This document shows positions 40,964-54,960 of a DNA stretch of 64,000 nucleotides, one piece after another. The notes beneath the pieces were generated by a model that saw nothing but the letters and a program-made list of their open reading frames with translations, was not told the DNA's origin and made no database searches. The translations under genes and the position numbers were made by a program. Location: positions 13,454,001 through 13,518,000 of the forward strand of contig CM022671.1 of assembly GCA_012295275.1 (NCBI GenBank), in the 5' to 3' direction. This DNA is from Chrysomallon squamiferum (lineage: Eukaryota; Animalia; Mollusca). Every line of letters starts with the position of its first letter. The first letter of the stretch is position 1.

Positions 40964-42065
40964 AATAAAATGTCTTTAATAATTGATATCCATACAGTTG
41001 CAAGAGAAAATAAAATAATTAAATATTACATAAATTAATTTAGTAAATAACAGTGAAAAGAATATAAATGTTTGATTTTGTCTAATGTTAATTTGCCTGA
41101 TATATTTATGGATCAATTAAAATAAGCAAAAATCACTTATAAATGTTTGGGTGTTCTTTTTTAGGGGTTTTTTATTTGTTATTTTAGTTGTTGAATTATT
41201 TATTTATTCACTTACTTATTTTATACTGAATTACAGATTATTGTTTATCAATTCACAATTCTAAAATGGTAAAACATCAGTTCACATTTGAGAGCATTTG
41301 ATCAAAGAAAACCTAATGACTTAAAATAATTTTTGCCAGTAAAATAAGTTGTTTACCATAATAAATTTTCAGTCTAGTTTTTATAAGTGTTGGTTTCATT
41401 TACTGTTTAACAGGTATATTTCATCAAAATAAGCCTTGGCAAAAATTGAGAAATAATTATCCTATCTTTATTTGACAAAGTATATTTGTTAATTTAATTG
41501 TATTGTGTATATAGTTAGTGTTGTTATTTACTTAACTGATACACTTAGATGTGTGATATGTTAAATAATTGTACTTGCAGAAAGGTTTTGAAAATGTAAT
41601 TTCCATTTTTTGTTTTCTTTCTACATGCATGTATCTATAGACAAAAATATATGTATGTGCTGTGTTTTATATTAGGTTAATTAAGTAATGGTTTGGTGAA
41701 ATAAAAATGCAATTTAGCAAATATAAATTAAATTATTAAAAAAAGATGTATATTTACTAAAAAAAATTATTGATAATGGAAAAGAGTAAATAAAATTTTA
41801 GAAATACAGAATTATTTCTTAATTTACGGTGAAATTGAAATATTATCATTCTCTTCATTCATGCTGTTATTTTGCATGTGGTGTAATGTCTTTACCTGCA
41901 AGCCTTTTTATTGTTGCATTTGAAGCTCAACATTCTTCACTTCTAGTCTCAAAATTAAAAAAATAATAATCTCTATTACTAAACAGTGTTATGTGTTTTT
42001 TTTCTTTATGACAAAGATAGATTTTATAGGATATTAAAGAAGGAAATACACAGATTTTAATTAAT

Positions 42066-42098
<33 letters not shown>

Positions 42099-44381
42099 AA
42101 AACGTGCAATACATGTAATAAATAGAGAATGATTATGAGGAAATAATATCTTAATGCTGAAAAGATGTTTATTTAATTTTGTTCTAAACAAAAAAGAACT
42201 TAAAGAAAAAATTACTGATAATATTTATAACATTAAATGTTCTTGAAATTCAGTTTATGGTTTTTCTTTTTTTAATTTTTATATGGGTTTCACATCTGTT
42301 TTCGTTATTTTATCAAATAATTACATCTGTATTGTTTATTTTGTCAATTACAAAATATTAAAAAAGTATTGTCTTAAAATGCATAGAACAATTGTAATAA
42401 TTAATAAAATACATACATATAAATATTTGTTACGTATTTTTTTTAAGTGAAATCATACGTATGAAATATGTTACACGTAAAAGCCATAACCTCCATTATG
42501 TATACAAATGTAATTATTAGTGTCGATATTAAGAGCTTAATTTATAAAGTAAAATGCATACGATTATTATTGACTATACTATACAGTTGTGTTTCCCCTT
42601 TTATTTAGTTCTTTGTATTTCATGAGTTATTTTCTGAATGAAACGTTATAAGAATACTGCAATTAGTTCAGCTTTGGCTGGAAATCTTCTACACTTGATT
42701 ATATGAAAAATGTGATATTGTTACGTTACTTTAAAATTAAATTGAAGATAAGCCATACATCTCTCAAACTTGAGATACTTTTTAGCATACCTCTATCACA
42801 AAACATTATTCAAACATGCTGTTTATGTGCAATATCTGACTCCATGAGGATTCTGACCAAATCTGTTGCTACAATAATATAATGTTCATCTCAGCTTGCT
42901 TTGAATAATTCAATACAGAAATTGGTTTGATTTTTGGGGGTTTCGATTTGTTATATATCAGATTTTACTTTTATTAGATGTTCATAAAATTTGAAACAAA
43001 CATCTTTCAGACTTAAGGTAAGTTATCGGATATTTGCAACAATCTGGTTTTGTCATTTTTTTTTTCTTCCATATTTGCTGTGAAAATATCTACTGATGAA
43101 ATCAAATTTTAAATGAAGATTGCTCCATTCCTAAAATATAATAAAAATATCTAATAAAGCTAATAAATATTATTGTTTGTACACATTTTTAATTAATTAT
43201 CCTTACACTAATGGTTTATACATTTCATTAAGTACCAAAGTGACTTGATTGTATTGTTTTATGCATAAGATCAGATCATGACCCAAGAAAACTGTTGAAA
43301 AGTCTGGTTTCATAATGCCGGCAAAGAAAAACGTATGCCAAAGTTATAGTAATTTCTAATATCTTATATAAGTCACAGGTACCATTGTTTTCTTATTAAG
43401 TGTTAAGTTTTTATTATACATTTTATTTCATTAAATTCTTACATTATAGTCAGTAAATAATAATCATAAATGTATATATTTTTTTAGGATATTTTCTTGT
43501 TTTTGCATTTATTTTTTAAAGCATTATTTAGTTCGGTTTTCCTTTTCAGAAATCCAATTAAATTAATAACAATCTGCAGGTATTAACTTTTAATAATTTT
43601 ATTCATACATTTTTAACAGTTTTCATGATTGCCAGACATCTCATTTTTTACAAGACTAACATGTAAAAACTAAATATTTGTCAGTATGCAGTATTCACAA
43701 AATGAATAACAAACAAAAATAGATGACCAAATATTTAAAGTTATTAGTATTGTGTAACAACTATTTAACAATAATATATCTAAGTATAAAATCATTTCAT
43801 TTAATTTTTAATTTTTTGTGATTAAGCATATCATATTTAATTTTACTGTCAGCTGCAGTGTATCATTTAAGTAACATATAAATTAATTATGGATCTTTGT
43901 TAATTTTACAAATAACATTTCAAAACACAGATAAAATAAACTTGTATAAGATGGTGTGCCAAGTCAAATATTAATTTGATACATATAATCAATCAGACTG
44001 GAATGATCAACAAAAACTGATGACAGGACGTTTTTGTTGCTTTTCAACTTGTCTGTATATATATATATTGTCTATTCTTGAGGTTATTGTTATTTTGTTT
44101 TCTTGGTGACCAAATATTTAAAAAAATTTTAGTAACAAAAAATTTACAAACAAATCAAACATTCTTTGGCCCCGTGTACTCATTATTTACAATTTATAAC
44201 TGTTTAAATCAATATCATTTTCTGATTAATAAACGAGATATTACAGTATCCCATTGCTCTGCTGAAAAGGCTGTAAAACCATTAAAGGATGATTTTATTG
44301 ATTGATATAAATTATAATAAACAAAATAACACTAATTTGTTTCCGTTTTCCATCTAAGAAAACTTCTTATTTTGATCTTTT

Positions 44382-44834
44382 TTATTCTTTTTTCTCTTCC
44401 TTGTGCCGGCATACAAGCACTGGAACGTGTGAATGGTGGATTATGTAGTCGCTGACGCTGCCCATCAAAGTTCGTCGGATTTGTCCAAGGCCTCTGGTTC
44501 CTGTTACAATCAATGTGGCGCCTTCTTCTTCTGCGACCTTCACGATTACCTCCCCTGGAGATCCACCCACACTCTTCACCTTTCCGCCAACCTGTAATTA
44601 TAACAGACTGATGTCTTTAATTTTAATTTCTTGATGTACGTCAAATGCACCACTTACAGATAAAGTAATTTACTCTGTACTGCACACGGCAAATATTATC
44701 AGTTTATTTCTTATGTTTATATTTTACAGTATTATTAAAACAAGTAAACAAACATTATTTTAACTAGGTAATTTAAAACAACACATTCTTAGATTCTATT
44801 TCATGAACTCAAAATCAAAATCATAATCAAAATC

Positions 44835-44867
<33 letters not shown>

Positions 44868-46926
44868 AATAATAAACTGATAAATGTTTCTACAGTTAAA
44901 TATTCTGATAAGCATAATTATATAAATGAAAATGATGAACATCTTTTGTTGTACATAGTATTATATTTTTGAAGTCAAAACATGAAATCCTACTTACTTT
45001 GTGCGATTTTAATTTCCTACCCAAAACCTCAAGATACTGTTTTATTTCTTTTTCTTCTTGCTGGAGCATATCAGTTACAACTGTGACGTCCGCCATTACC
45101 ATCGCTTTGTAAAATAAAATAACTTGTCACAAAATCATCTTTTTTAAAACACATCAACATCCATATACATAATTTCAAGTTTGTTCGAATATAATTATAT
45201 ACTGAGAATCAATTCTGTCACATGAAAATACAAAAAAAAAAGAAAAGAAACAATTATAATGAAATGAAATGATATTAGAACTATTATTACATGAATCTTT
45301 ACATTTTTTGTGTATATGTGGACAAACGTAATTTACTCCGAACCAGCATGCCCCATTTCGGTTACCTTCATAATATTTATCACTGGTAGGGAAGAAGTCT
45401 AAACTTCTGTCACTGGTGGTGTAAACGAAAATGGTGAGAAAATAAATAAAGTCTTCAAATTCCGGTTTTTATTAATCTTGAAGTGGGTTTATAAACATCT
45501 GTAACCAAAGTAACTAACAATTTATGTTATGACATATATCAATAATAATTTCTCCTTTATGTTTCATTGCTGGAATAACTAAGTCTTTTTATTTATTTAT
45601 TATTATTATTTTCAATATTTACAGATACTGCTTATGTAACGACTTATCTGCTTAACGACCGCGCGGACTCAGTCCGTATTGATGAGGAAATTTTGGCCAT
45701 TGAAAGACAGCTTGCTCTGATTAGCACGTTAATTTTTTACAGTTTAAGATTCGTTTAAACGCTGTCTGTATTTTTATGATTTGAAATTTGTGAGGCATGC
45801 AAATTAAAACAAAGTTAATACGATTTTGTATTTACAGTATCCAAACTTAAATAAAGTTTACTGGGCATATTCCTAAGTATTATAAATGATGCTGAGGTGA
45901 TATTAAAAAGGTATCTAAAGATAGTTGACATAAAACGACTACCGGTACTGCATGCTTGAAATACCGGTAATGGGCAGCTTCTCACTTATCGACCAGTTTG
46001 ATCAACACCTACCCATTTACATATACACACAAATTTTAATTTTAACTAGTAATCTGTGCGTTTGTTTTCAAGAATAACAGTATAAAAGTTTAAGACATCT
46101 GTCCTTCACAAATGGTGAATGAGACTGTTCGAAAAGCCACACCAGAAATTTCTGTCAAATTTCAATCATCGTGCATTTGTCTTTTATTTTGCTATTACTA
46201 ATATAAAAAAATTATAATTTTCAAGAAACCTGCTATAATTTCCCATTTCAAACGTGCCAAAAATACAACACTGTATCCGGTGAAAGTGTTAGCAAATTTG
46301 GCCGTTTCAGTTTGTTTGTTGTTTAATTGTACCAGTTTTAATGAAACAGTTAAAAGTGTTCATTTAAATCAAATATTTGTTTCCACGTGCTTGTGAATGT
46401 AGTTATCTCCACATGAATAGACACACACGAACTTTGACCTGCCAATGGTCGTTAACAATACTCACGTGACTGGATGATAGCATGATACTCGGGACTGTGC
46501 AGTAAGATGATATGGTCACCGGACTTGTAGACGTTATCCATGTACCCTGGAATGTGGAAGAAAGACAATAAACCTATCTACTGTGATTGCACATACTCAC
46601 GAGCTTGCATGGTGATACTCTGAAATTCGGGAACGTAAACCAAGATTATGTGATCATTCGATCGGTGTATTTCTTTGAGAAAGTCTGAAACAAATAAAGG
46701 TGCACTTGAGACTGGGAAATTCTGGGATACTCCTCATCCAACGATTTAATGTGAACATTATTATTGTTCCATAGCTTATTTAATTATTCATGTATTTAAC
46801 ACTAATATAAACGTTAGCAAAGGGGGGGGGGGCGTATTCTTTATATATACACTACTCTGTTAATTTTGTTTCATTGTGATAGCTTGACCTCGCTGATAAC
46901 TGAAATTCATTATTCAATCCCTGAAA

Positions 46927-46968
<42 letters not shown>

Positions 46969-49671
46969 CAACAAACAACAAAAATTCATAAGAAATTAAA
47001 ATAAATAAATAAATAAATAATAAAGCTGCCTCCACCCTGTAATTTGCTTATACATATTTTGCTCCTTTTCTTTCTTTTCTTTTCCTTTTTATTTATTCTT
47101 GTTCATTAACAAAGGTTAATTAATACTGAACATAGATAATACCCTAATATGCATTCACACACTCACACACATACAAACACACAGTGAAACAACAAAAAAA
47201 ACATAAAGAAAGACTCGGCGTGGAATTCGCACAGTAATAATAGCTTGGCACAGATGAAATATGAAGAAATGTAATTTAGTATTTAGCACACACTGCCGCG
47301 TGTTTGTCAATACACTTAGCTAAATAATGATATAATTACATTAACTCAATACTGAGCATGCCCTATTTTCCGAAAGCACTGAAGACAGACCTATCGGATT
47401 AATTCAATGAATTCCTAAAATGTTTAGTGAATATGTTGATTTATTGTGTATATTATGTATACTTTAAGATTTAACTCTTAATTTTTTTCATCAGTTTTCG
47501 TTGATTTTTTTGTTTTTCTTTATGTTTTCTTGGTTATTATGATCGCAAAGACAATGTGTACACATTATATACTCAGTAACAACACGTTTCACGAATTTAT
47601 GAACTTACTGATAAATAACGTTTTAGTTGTCTCACACACACACACACACACACGCGCGCGCGCTATTTGTAAAAATAAAAACGGAAAAGACAAAGCTTTT
47701 TCAGATCGAAAATATCATATTTCTAAATAAACTTGTTGTTTTCTTTTTGACGAAGCGGAAGTATTCATTTTCATAAGATATAACATTACTCTAGAACTGA
47801 TTTATAATTATTTGAACTTGCCAAAGAAGAATATATGATCGTTTTGATACAGTCTGTAAATTATTTGACAGCCTTCATTAAAATATACTTTCGTTGATCC
47901 AACGCGGTCTGACAGCCCGATTATGGCTCGTAACATAGTAACACAATAAAATAATTCTGCTACAAATGAACCGCCATTTTACTCCATAATTGGAGTTGTG
48001 AAGTCATTACGTATGAAGCAGACTGGTGGGTGTATTAGTTTTATTTATTTATTTATTTTTAGACGTAACTAGAGGAAAATTTGGAGAGCCCTGTCTGTAT
48101 TCATTTAATATTAATATAGATTATTAAAACTGGATGGCACAAGAAAAAAAAAAAAAAAAAAAAAGAAAAAATGGATGACATATGATATAAAAACAAGACC
48201 ACTGCTGCATATTTACCGGTAAATATGATTTTCAAATAATAGTGTATCTCAGGTGTTCGTGTTTATGGGATGTGAAATATTTTCCAACATTCTGGTTTGC
48301 TTGTAATGTCTAAAAGGCCATTGTGGAAAAACTAAAGAGAAAAGAAATTTAATAGAATAAATAACAGAAGCAAAAAGCAATAATGTTATTATTCCTCTGC
48401 TGTGATTGACTTATGAGCTAAGAAAGGAAAATGGTGTTGACAATATTCATACATAAGAGCAAAAATAATTAACAATCAGCTTATTCTAATTTATGAATGA
48501 TAACGGCCACTAGGGGCGCTCGCTACCATTTTTTTCAGAAATGACGAACCTCAAAATGTTATGCTAATTTATTACATGCTTTAAACCAGAATGAGATCAA
48601 ATATCAGTTTATTTTGTTTGGCGAATTTCTTATAACGACGTAACTGAAAACCTGAAACTAAAATTAAAAAGATTATTAGATAAAAATGACAACCGAACGT
48701 TGCGGAAAAAATCGAAAAAAACGAAACAGTCGATTAGTTGAATAGATTATTTAAATGGAACATTTAATCTTCTTTTACATTCTGCCTTTTATTTGACAAA
48801 TTACTCCTGTATTTATTGTTTAACAGCCATTTGAAATGAAGCTACTGTGCCCTATTATTCATGAAAAATAACCCCTCACGAACGACAGCTCTCACTCAGG
48901 CATGATCTCACGTTCATATATCTATTGAAACAGGCCTAAAACATAGTATTTCATTCAGTTAAATCTATCTCTGTTAAGATTATTATAAAGAGGACACTTT
49001 ACTGTATAGAACATGCAATTTTAGTAAAGATATCTCTTGAAATAAAGTTTTTGTGACTTAATTACGGTAGACTTATTTTTCTTCAAAACTTTAAAAATAC
49101 TTGTATTCGGAGTGTGGATTTTTTACAAATTAGAAATACGATTTTTTTCATTTTTTAACATATCAATTAAATCTTTTAGTTTTTCTTCTTCTTTCTTTCT
49201 TTTTTTTTTTTTTTTTTATATCTGAGATTGAATGTCTTTCGATTCATATAAAAAACATCTTTATTTGACAATAACAAAAAAATGCGTTAGACATTTCCTA
49301 TTGAATTTTTTAAAACTTGTTGCGCGATATAATTATATGTTAACATGAATGAATCAATTATTATTTTTTACATACATATATAGCTAAAACTTCTGACAAA
49401 CAAAAATAAATAAATAAAGTAAGATAAAAGTGTTATTCTGGCAACATTGGCTGAACAGCATTTTCCAATACTAAATGAACGGTTTAGAGCATTTACGGTA
49501 ACTACGAGACTAAAACGTGCAAGGTCCACATATTAAAAAGGATGAAATGTACGGTAACTGTTTTACTTATTACACGTTACAGTATTACTCACATTCAAAA
49601 GCATAGTCCGAATATTCACTGCGGTCCATTGCAATTACAATAGTCCGGTCTCTTTTAGCTGTATCAGCCAT
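44382..49671 (-). CDS. Universal stress protein (UspA domain) with two alternative versions of exon 2
   Basis: Exons 49593-49671, [46601-46684 or 46466-46546], 44998-45104, 44382-44591 give [46 protein letters not shown]...[51 protein letters not shown]. The USP ATP-binding motif G-2x-G-9x-G(S/T) is present. Confidence 0.93.
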
Positions 49672-50153
49672 TTTAAGATTTCAATCAGTCAGTCTTTGCT
49701 GAAAGTGTTAGTGCAACAGATGGCGAAATTCGACAACCGGGAACACAACGTAGCCTCGTCTTCTGGGTCAAGTAAATTTGGGGTCAAAGGTTATTATGGG
49801 GCCTTCAAAAGGAAAACAAACAAATTACTGTAACAGTAATGTAAAACAAACAAATAAGTAAATAATAATAAAAGAAAATTGTGTTCGCAATGAGTAATTA
49901 ATTTTTTAACAGCAACAATAGCAACGTATAATAATAATAATAGTTCTGAATAAATAAAATATAAATCAAATGTTTATTTATTTTATTTTATTTTTTTATT
50001 ATAATTTGTTTCGTTAAATTGAACATTTAATTAACTGTTTTAGCAAGATTTCATAGACAGTTAATATTAATAACCATCCTTCCAGAATAATACAATTCCA
50101 ACTAAAAATTTAGTATTAATTTCATTAATTGTAGCAAGTTTTTGGTTGTTTGG

Positions 50154-50157
50154 TTAC

Positions 50158-50214
<57 letters not shown>
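50154..50214. repeat. (TAT)n microsatellite
   Basis: Directly visible. It produces the spurious poly-Leu and poly-Tyr ORFs in the ORF track. Confidence 0.95.
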
Positions 50215-50215
<1 letters not shown>

Positions 50216-50772
50216 TAAATATTACACTAAATATGTTTTTAATCAATCAACTGCTCTTAAACGAAGTGCATCTCCTAGGTTTGTGCCTCAAGCCCACCGG
50301 ACAGTATCTAGTACAGACTGTATTCAAATATAGTTTACCAAAGGCTTTTGTTTGTTTTTCAGTATATGAAAAATATCCCCTACTGCTAATGAGAGAGAGA
50401 GAGACAGAGATTTTTTATATATATATATATATAAAGTCATCTAATAGTATAGTTAAACAAAACAACTTTAGTCCTATAGCTTTATCTTCTCTCCTTTTAT
50501 AAATCGTAGTTATATGTACTGCTATAATACATAAGTTCTACTTTTATTATATTAGTGGGTTGTCTAAATGTTTACCCTGACCAAACTGAAGGTAACTAAT
50601 AGAATCATTATCATAAATAATCATAAGTTTCTATCTTCTGTTTCAATTACTTGGGTCACATTCCTGTGTTGGTATTTATTCCAATAAAGCTTTGCGACAT
50701 GTAAATTCAGTTACTGTACCGTTATCGCAAGGATCAGAAAAAAAGAAAGAGTATAATTATGAGAGTGTAAAA

Positions 50773-50777
<5 letters not shown>

Positions 50778-50844
<67 letters not shown>
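50778..50844. repeat. (GA)n microsatellite
   Basis: Directly visible dinucleotide run. Confidence 0.95.
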
Positions 50845-50846
<2 letters not shown>

Positions 50847-50994
50847 ATTTCAGTTATGTATTTCTAACTTTTATGTAAGACTTATGCAAATTAAAACAAA
50901 ATGATGAACTTGGAGTTTTGTTTAAACTTTTTGTTTATTCCAAATATTATATAAAAACGATTACCTCTATTTAAATAAAGCAGCATATATTAGT

Positions 50995-51673
50995 GCTTGC
51001 AACTCAATTTGCTTGTATATCTAATAAATTTTTCCAACTGAAATTAATTGAAAGACCATTAATCTGCTCCACCCCCAAAAACAATCCCATATTTTATTTA
51101 TTTATTTATTTTTTGTAACGTGTTTTTAAATAAGAAAAAATTATTTATAAATGACAAATATTGTTAAAAAAACAAAATATAAGAGAATGTACACAAATAA
51201 ATTGGTTTTGTAAAATGTATTTATCTTGGAGATCAGATTATTTTAACGCCTTTGGCTGGAGTTACACCCTTTATCGACTCCTTCGGCTTCAGTATGGTAC
51301 ATATCATAGAAGTACTACACTCATACTGCCTAGCCAAGATGACTACATGCACACCTTGCTCATGTTTTTCTATTAATTCAAGCTTTAATTCAATAGACAT
51401 TATTCACTTCTTAATCTCAGCACTGTCCTTTGCACTCACTTTCTTAAGATCCGTGAAAATTTGGCAAAATACGGCACAAAATGCAAGCAAAATGCAACAG
51501 AAATGTTTCCGCGACCATGTAACCACGTGAAGTAAACGAGTGAGATGAAGGATGCTGGCCGGATGTGTTGTTCTGAAGCTCGCTCGTAACTCGGATTTCG
51601 GCTCGCAACTCAAAGCAAAATCGCCCAGGCAAATGCTCATAACTCGAAAAACTCTTAAATCGAGGTACCACTG
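50995..51673 (-). mobile_element. Tigger/pogo-family element, copy 2 (left TIR lost)
   Basis: Colinear with 4500-5218, sharing TTTGGCTGGAGTTA, CTTCAGTATGGTACATAT and GGCTCGCAACTCAAAGCAAAA. The right TIR GAGGTACCACTG plus TA is intact. Confidence 0.85.
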
Positions 51674-53876
51674 TATACTAAAAATATTATAAATGGTACA
51701 AAGGTGACATTAAAACAGTAAATGGTTGACCATACCTGCTAACAGTATAGTATTCTTGAAATATCTTAAGGGGTGGCTTTTCACTTTAGACTAATTCATT
51801 GAACAACCTAATTTTACGAAAGGAACTTTGTTGTTATGTGAAAAATGCCTGTGTATGCACATGCTTGTAATTATAAAACGGTATATATATATATAAGTGT
51901 GACAGACATGCTGGTTGCTGCTCCATTATCTTTGTACAAAACTTGTACAACAGTGATCAGCTTGGGATGAGCATTCAGCCAAATACCTAAACGTTTATGT
52001 TAGCACACTCAAATTGTAGAGCATTGATAAATTAACATATGAAGTTTATATACATTTATATTTTTATTATTATTTGTATTTTTCTAAAAATCAGATTATA
52101 AATTTATTTATTTATTTATTTATTATTTTTTTAAATCAGTAGATAAGTCTTTATATATTTAAACATTTATCTGTTGGCAAAACACTTAATATTTCATATT
52201 GTTGTGTTCTATAATAATAATAATAATAATAATAATGTAAGCTTTTAACAGTTCTCTGCATGTTATTAATAAAGAGATAACGAATTCTTAATTATTGTCA
52301 CACAAATAGTTCCTAAAATATACAATATTTATAAAAAGAACATAAATACATACATTCAACTGTTATCATTTTTAAAAAATGACCAGAAAGTAAACAACAC
52401 TCCATCCCAATAAAAATATGTATATTTAAGTAGTTACAGTATCCAAAACACGTTCTGAAAAAAAACACCCCAAAAACCCTAAAAAGAAATTATAAAGAAT
52501 ATCTCTCCCGTCTTAAAAAAAAAAAAAAAAAAAATTCCCCAACACAATAGCAGCAAAAAAATAATAGAAATATGAATTCCTGCAACAATAAGGATAAAAA
52601 CAAAATGAACTGTTAAGTGTGGTTTAAAGAACTGAATTAAGAAAAACAAAGCAGAAAATAAATATAATATGTTATTGCACATATAAAATACTTAAATAAA
52701 TTGTTGATTATTTATTGTTGGCCCATTCTAGGCAGATTCTCCTTCTACTGTAAAGAATTTCTTTTAAAATGCAAAGGATATTGAAATGCATCATATATTA
52801 ATGATTTAGTAGATGAAAATATATGATCTGTGATTTTTGATAATACACTTAATTATTAACAACAATAAAATAATAATGGTCATTTCTTAAAAACATTTGA
52901 GGGGATCTTTGGTTTTTTGATAGGTTGTAACATAAAATTCAAGTAAAACAATGGGTGCTTAAATGCTGTGGTATTACATTTTTCCAGCAAAAGTTTTTCA
53001 CCTTATTCTTGAACTAACTGCAATATATGTAAACAGTAATTGTTTATAATCTTCCAAGATCACTGTAAAAACCGTTTCAAAGTTTTATTATTAAAATGTA
53101 TAAGTGCTGTAATATAAAGCCTGTGATTCATTACTTATTATCAGTGTAGGCCAAAATATCTGAGATTTAATAATGTTGATATTCACTAATCATAGCTACA
53201 ACAGCAATACCTGGCTTACCTTTTACTGGATGTTTCATATCAAATTCATAGTATAAGAACTGCTTGCCATTTTCATATTCACAAATTTGGTTTTAAACTA
53301 ATTTTTTAATGATACCTATACCTAGTATTTTATTTCATTTCATTCACTAACAATATATGACTTTTAGTACAGTCTTCATCTCTTTAACCTGTTTTCCTAG
53401 ATTCACCAGCAAACTGACAAAACATTCTTATGTTGTTTCCATAATCACTGATATTTCCAATTGTAAGTATGTCTGACTTAGTATTCTTAAGAGGACAGGC
53501 TATGTAAAAAAGACAAAATCTGAATAAACAAAATTGTTTTTTTGTTTCAGGTGTTTTCGCAAAAGGAAGTGCACATAAAAAGATTAAACAATGCATAGCA
53601 TCACCCCTTTATCCATAATAAGTGGAAATATGGTTTAAAAAACTCCATTTTATGTTGTTTTTTATTTTTATTTTTTTGTTATCACCTATCTTTTTTTTTG
53701 TACTATCCTAATGGTGTATGAAAACTATTTGTGCTACAATTTCCAAATTTGGAATATTAGAAAATTTAAACATTAAAATTTTAAACATTAAAAAATGACA
53801 GAAATAAAATCTTTCAAAAAAAAATCTTTTGAAGTGTGTAAACAAAGACTAATTTATTTCTGTTATTTTGTAGAAG

Positions 53877-53918
<42 letters not shown>

Positions 53919-53943
53919 CATGATATATATATTACACAAACAA

Positions 53944-54260
53944 AAACATTCAAATTCTTAGGTGTCACATTCACTGGTCAACTTAGCTTCGGATGCCACA
54001 TACAGAACAAAATCACATCTTGTAAAAAGACACTCAACTTTCTGGTGTTAGCTAGGGAGCACACAAAACAAACACACTAATTCTAAAATGCAAAGCTTGC
54101 ATCCTCTCAAGACTTGATTATAGAAACACAACCAAACATTTTATGAAAAAAACCTCAATATAATACAATCCAGCACCTTAGAATAACTGGAATTTACAGC
54201 ATCCTGTCAAGAAACAACATACAACCATTAAAATAAAATGCTATCTTAAAATCCATGCTG
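53944..54260 (+). mobile_element. Degenerate I/Nimb-clade LINE reverse-transcriptase fragment
   Basis: TFKFLGVTFTGQLSFGCHIQNKITSCKKTLNFL followed, after a frameshift, by GA...TLILKCKACILSRLDY. This resembles the RT C-terminal pattern KFLG..FD..L.W..H / WGA...L..Y.A.I.S.LDYG. Confidence 0.6.
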
Positions 54261-54624
54261 TCAGCAACAATCAACCCATCAAGGATCTAATCCCTGATCA
54301 ACCAAAAATAGGAACAACCTTGAAAACTCACTTTCACTACACTCTAATTTTGCAACAAAAGGCAGCCATACTGAAATGGAGACTTTAATCAAAAATGAAA
54401 CAGATGAAAAAAGACTTCTCACTTTTTGAAAAAGCTATATTCTTAGTCTTGAACAACTAAAACTTTAAACTAATATCAGCCAAATGAAAATTTATCACCA
54501 CATGTAAATACACTGATCTAATAATCTCCACTTTCAGAAAGATTATTACTGTGTCATGTTGTTATAGTTATTAATATTTATTTCTTATTATTTTTTTTTA
54601 TTATATATATATACAAAAACATGA

Positions 54625-54960
54625 AATGCTTTGACAAGTTCCCATGGTGAAGTTCCATATGCTTGAACTGTCTCACCCTCTTCTTGGTCTGTTTTGTTGA
54701 AGAGAAATATTTCATATATTTCATTGGCTCGGCCTATGCAAAACTGCTCAAATTTTCATTGCATCTTCATTTTGTCCAAAAGAAAATCTATAGTATATGT
54801 CAATGCCTTGTTCACCTAAGCATGCTATGACAGAAGTAATCTGTTTAGTTGACCTTTTCTCTAATCATATTTCAATTTCTTAACTGCTCCATTGGCTTTT
54901 GAACTTTCTCTTTGCTATAACGATATTTTCAATATTTCATGTTTGAACCTCTGGTTCCCT
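54625..54960 (-). mobile_element. Degenerate Ty3/Gypsy gag fragment
   Basis: Minus-strand translation with stops and a frameshift: KFKSQWSS*EI...IACLGEQGIDIYYRFSFGQNEDAMK / FEQFCIGRANEIYEIFLFNKTDQEEGETVQAY. This fits the Mag-type gag pattern FE..C....NE.YERF.FN.R.Q..GET...Y. Confidence 0.7.

Noticed and set aside
44382-49671. USP gene as a recent bacterial transfer or contamination
   Set aside because: It has canonical spliceosomal introns, and USP genes are established as native to cnidarians, lophotrochozoans and some other invertebrates.
50142-50502. Poly-Leu and poly-Tyr ORFs
   Set aside because: They are translations of a (TAT)n microsatellite.
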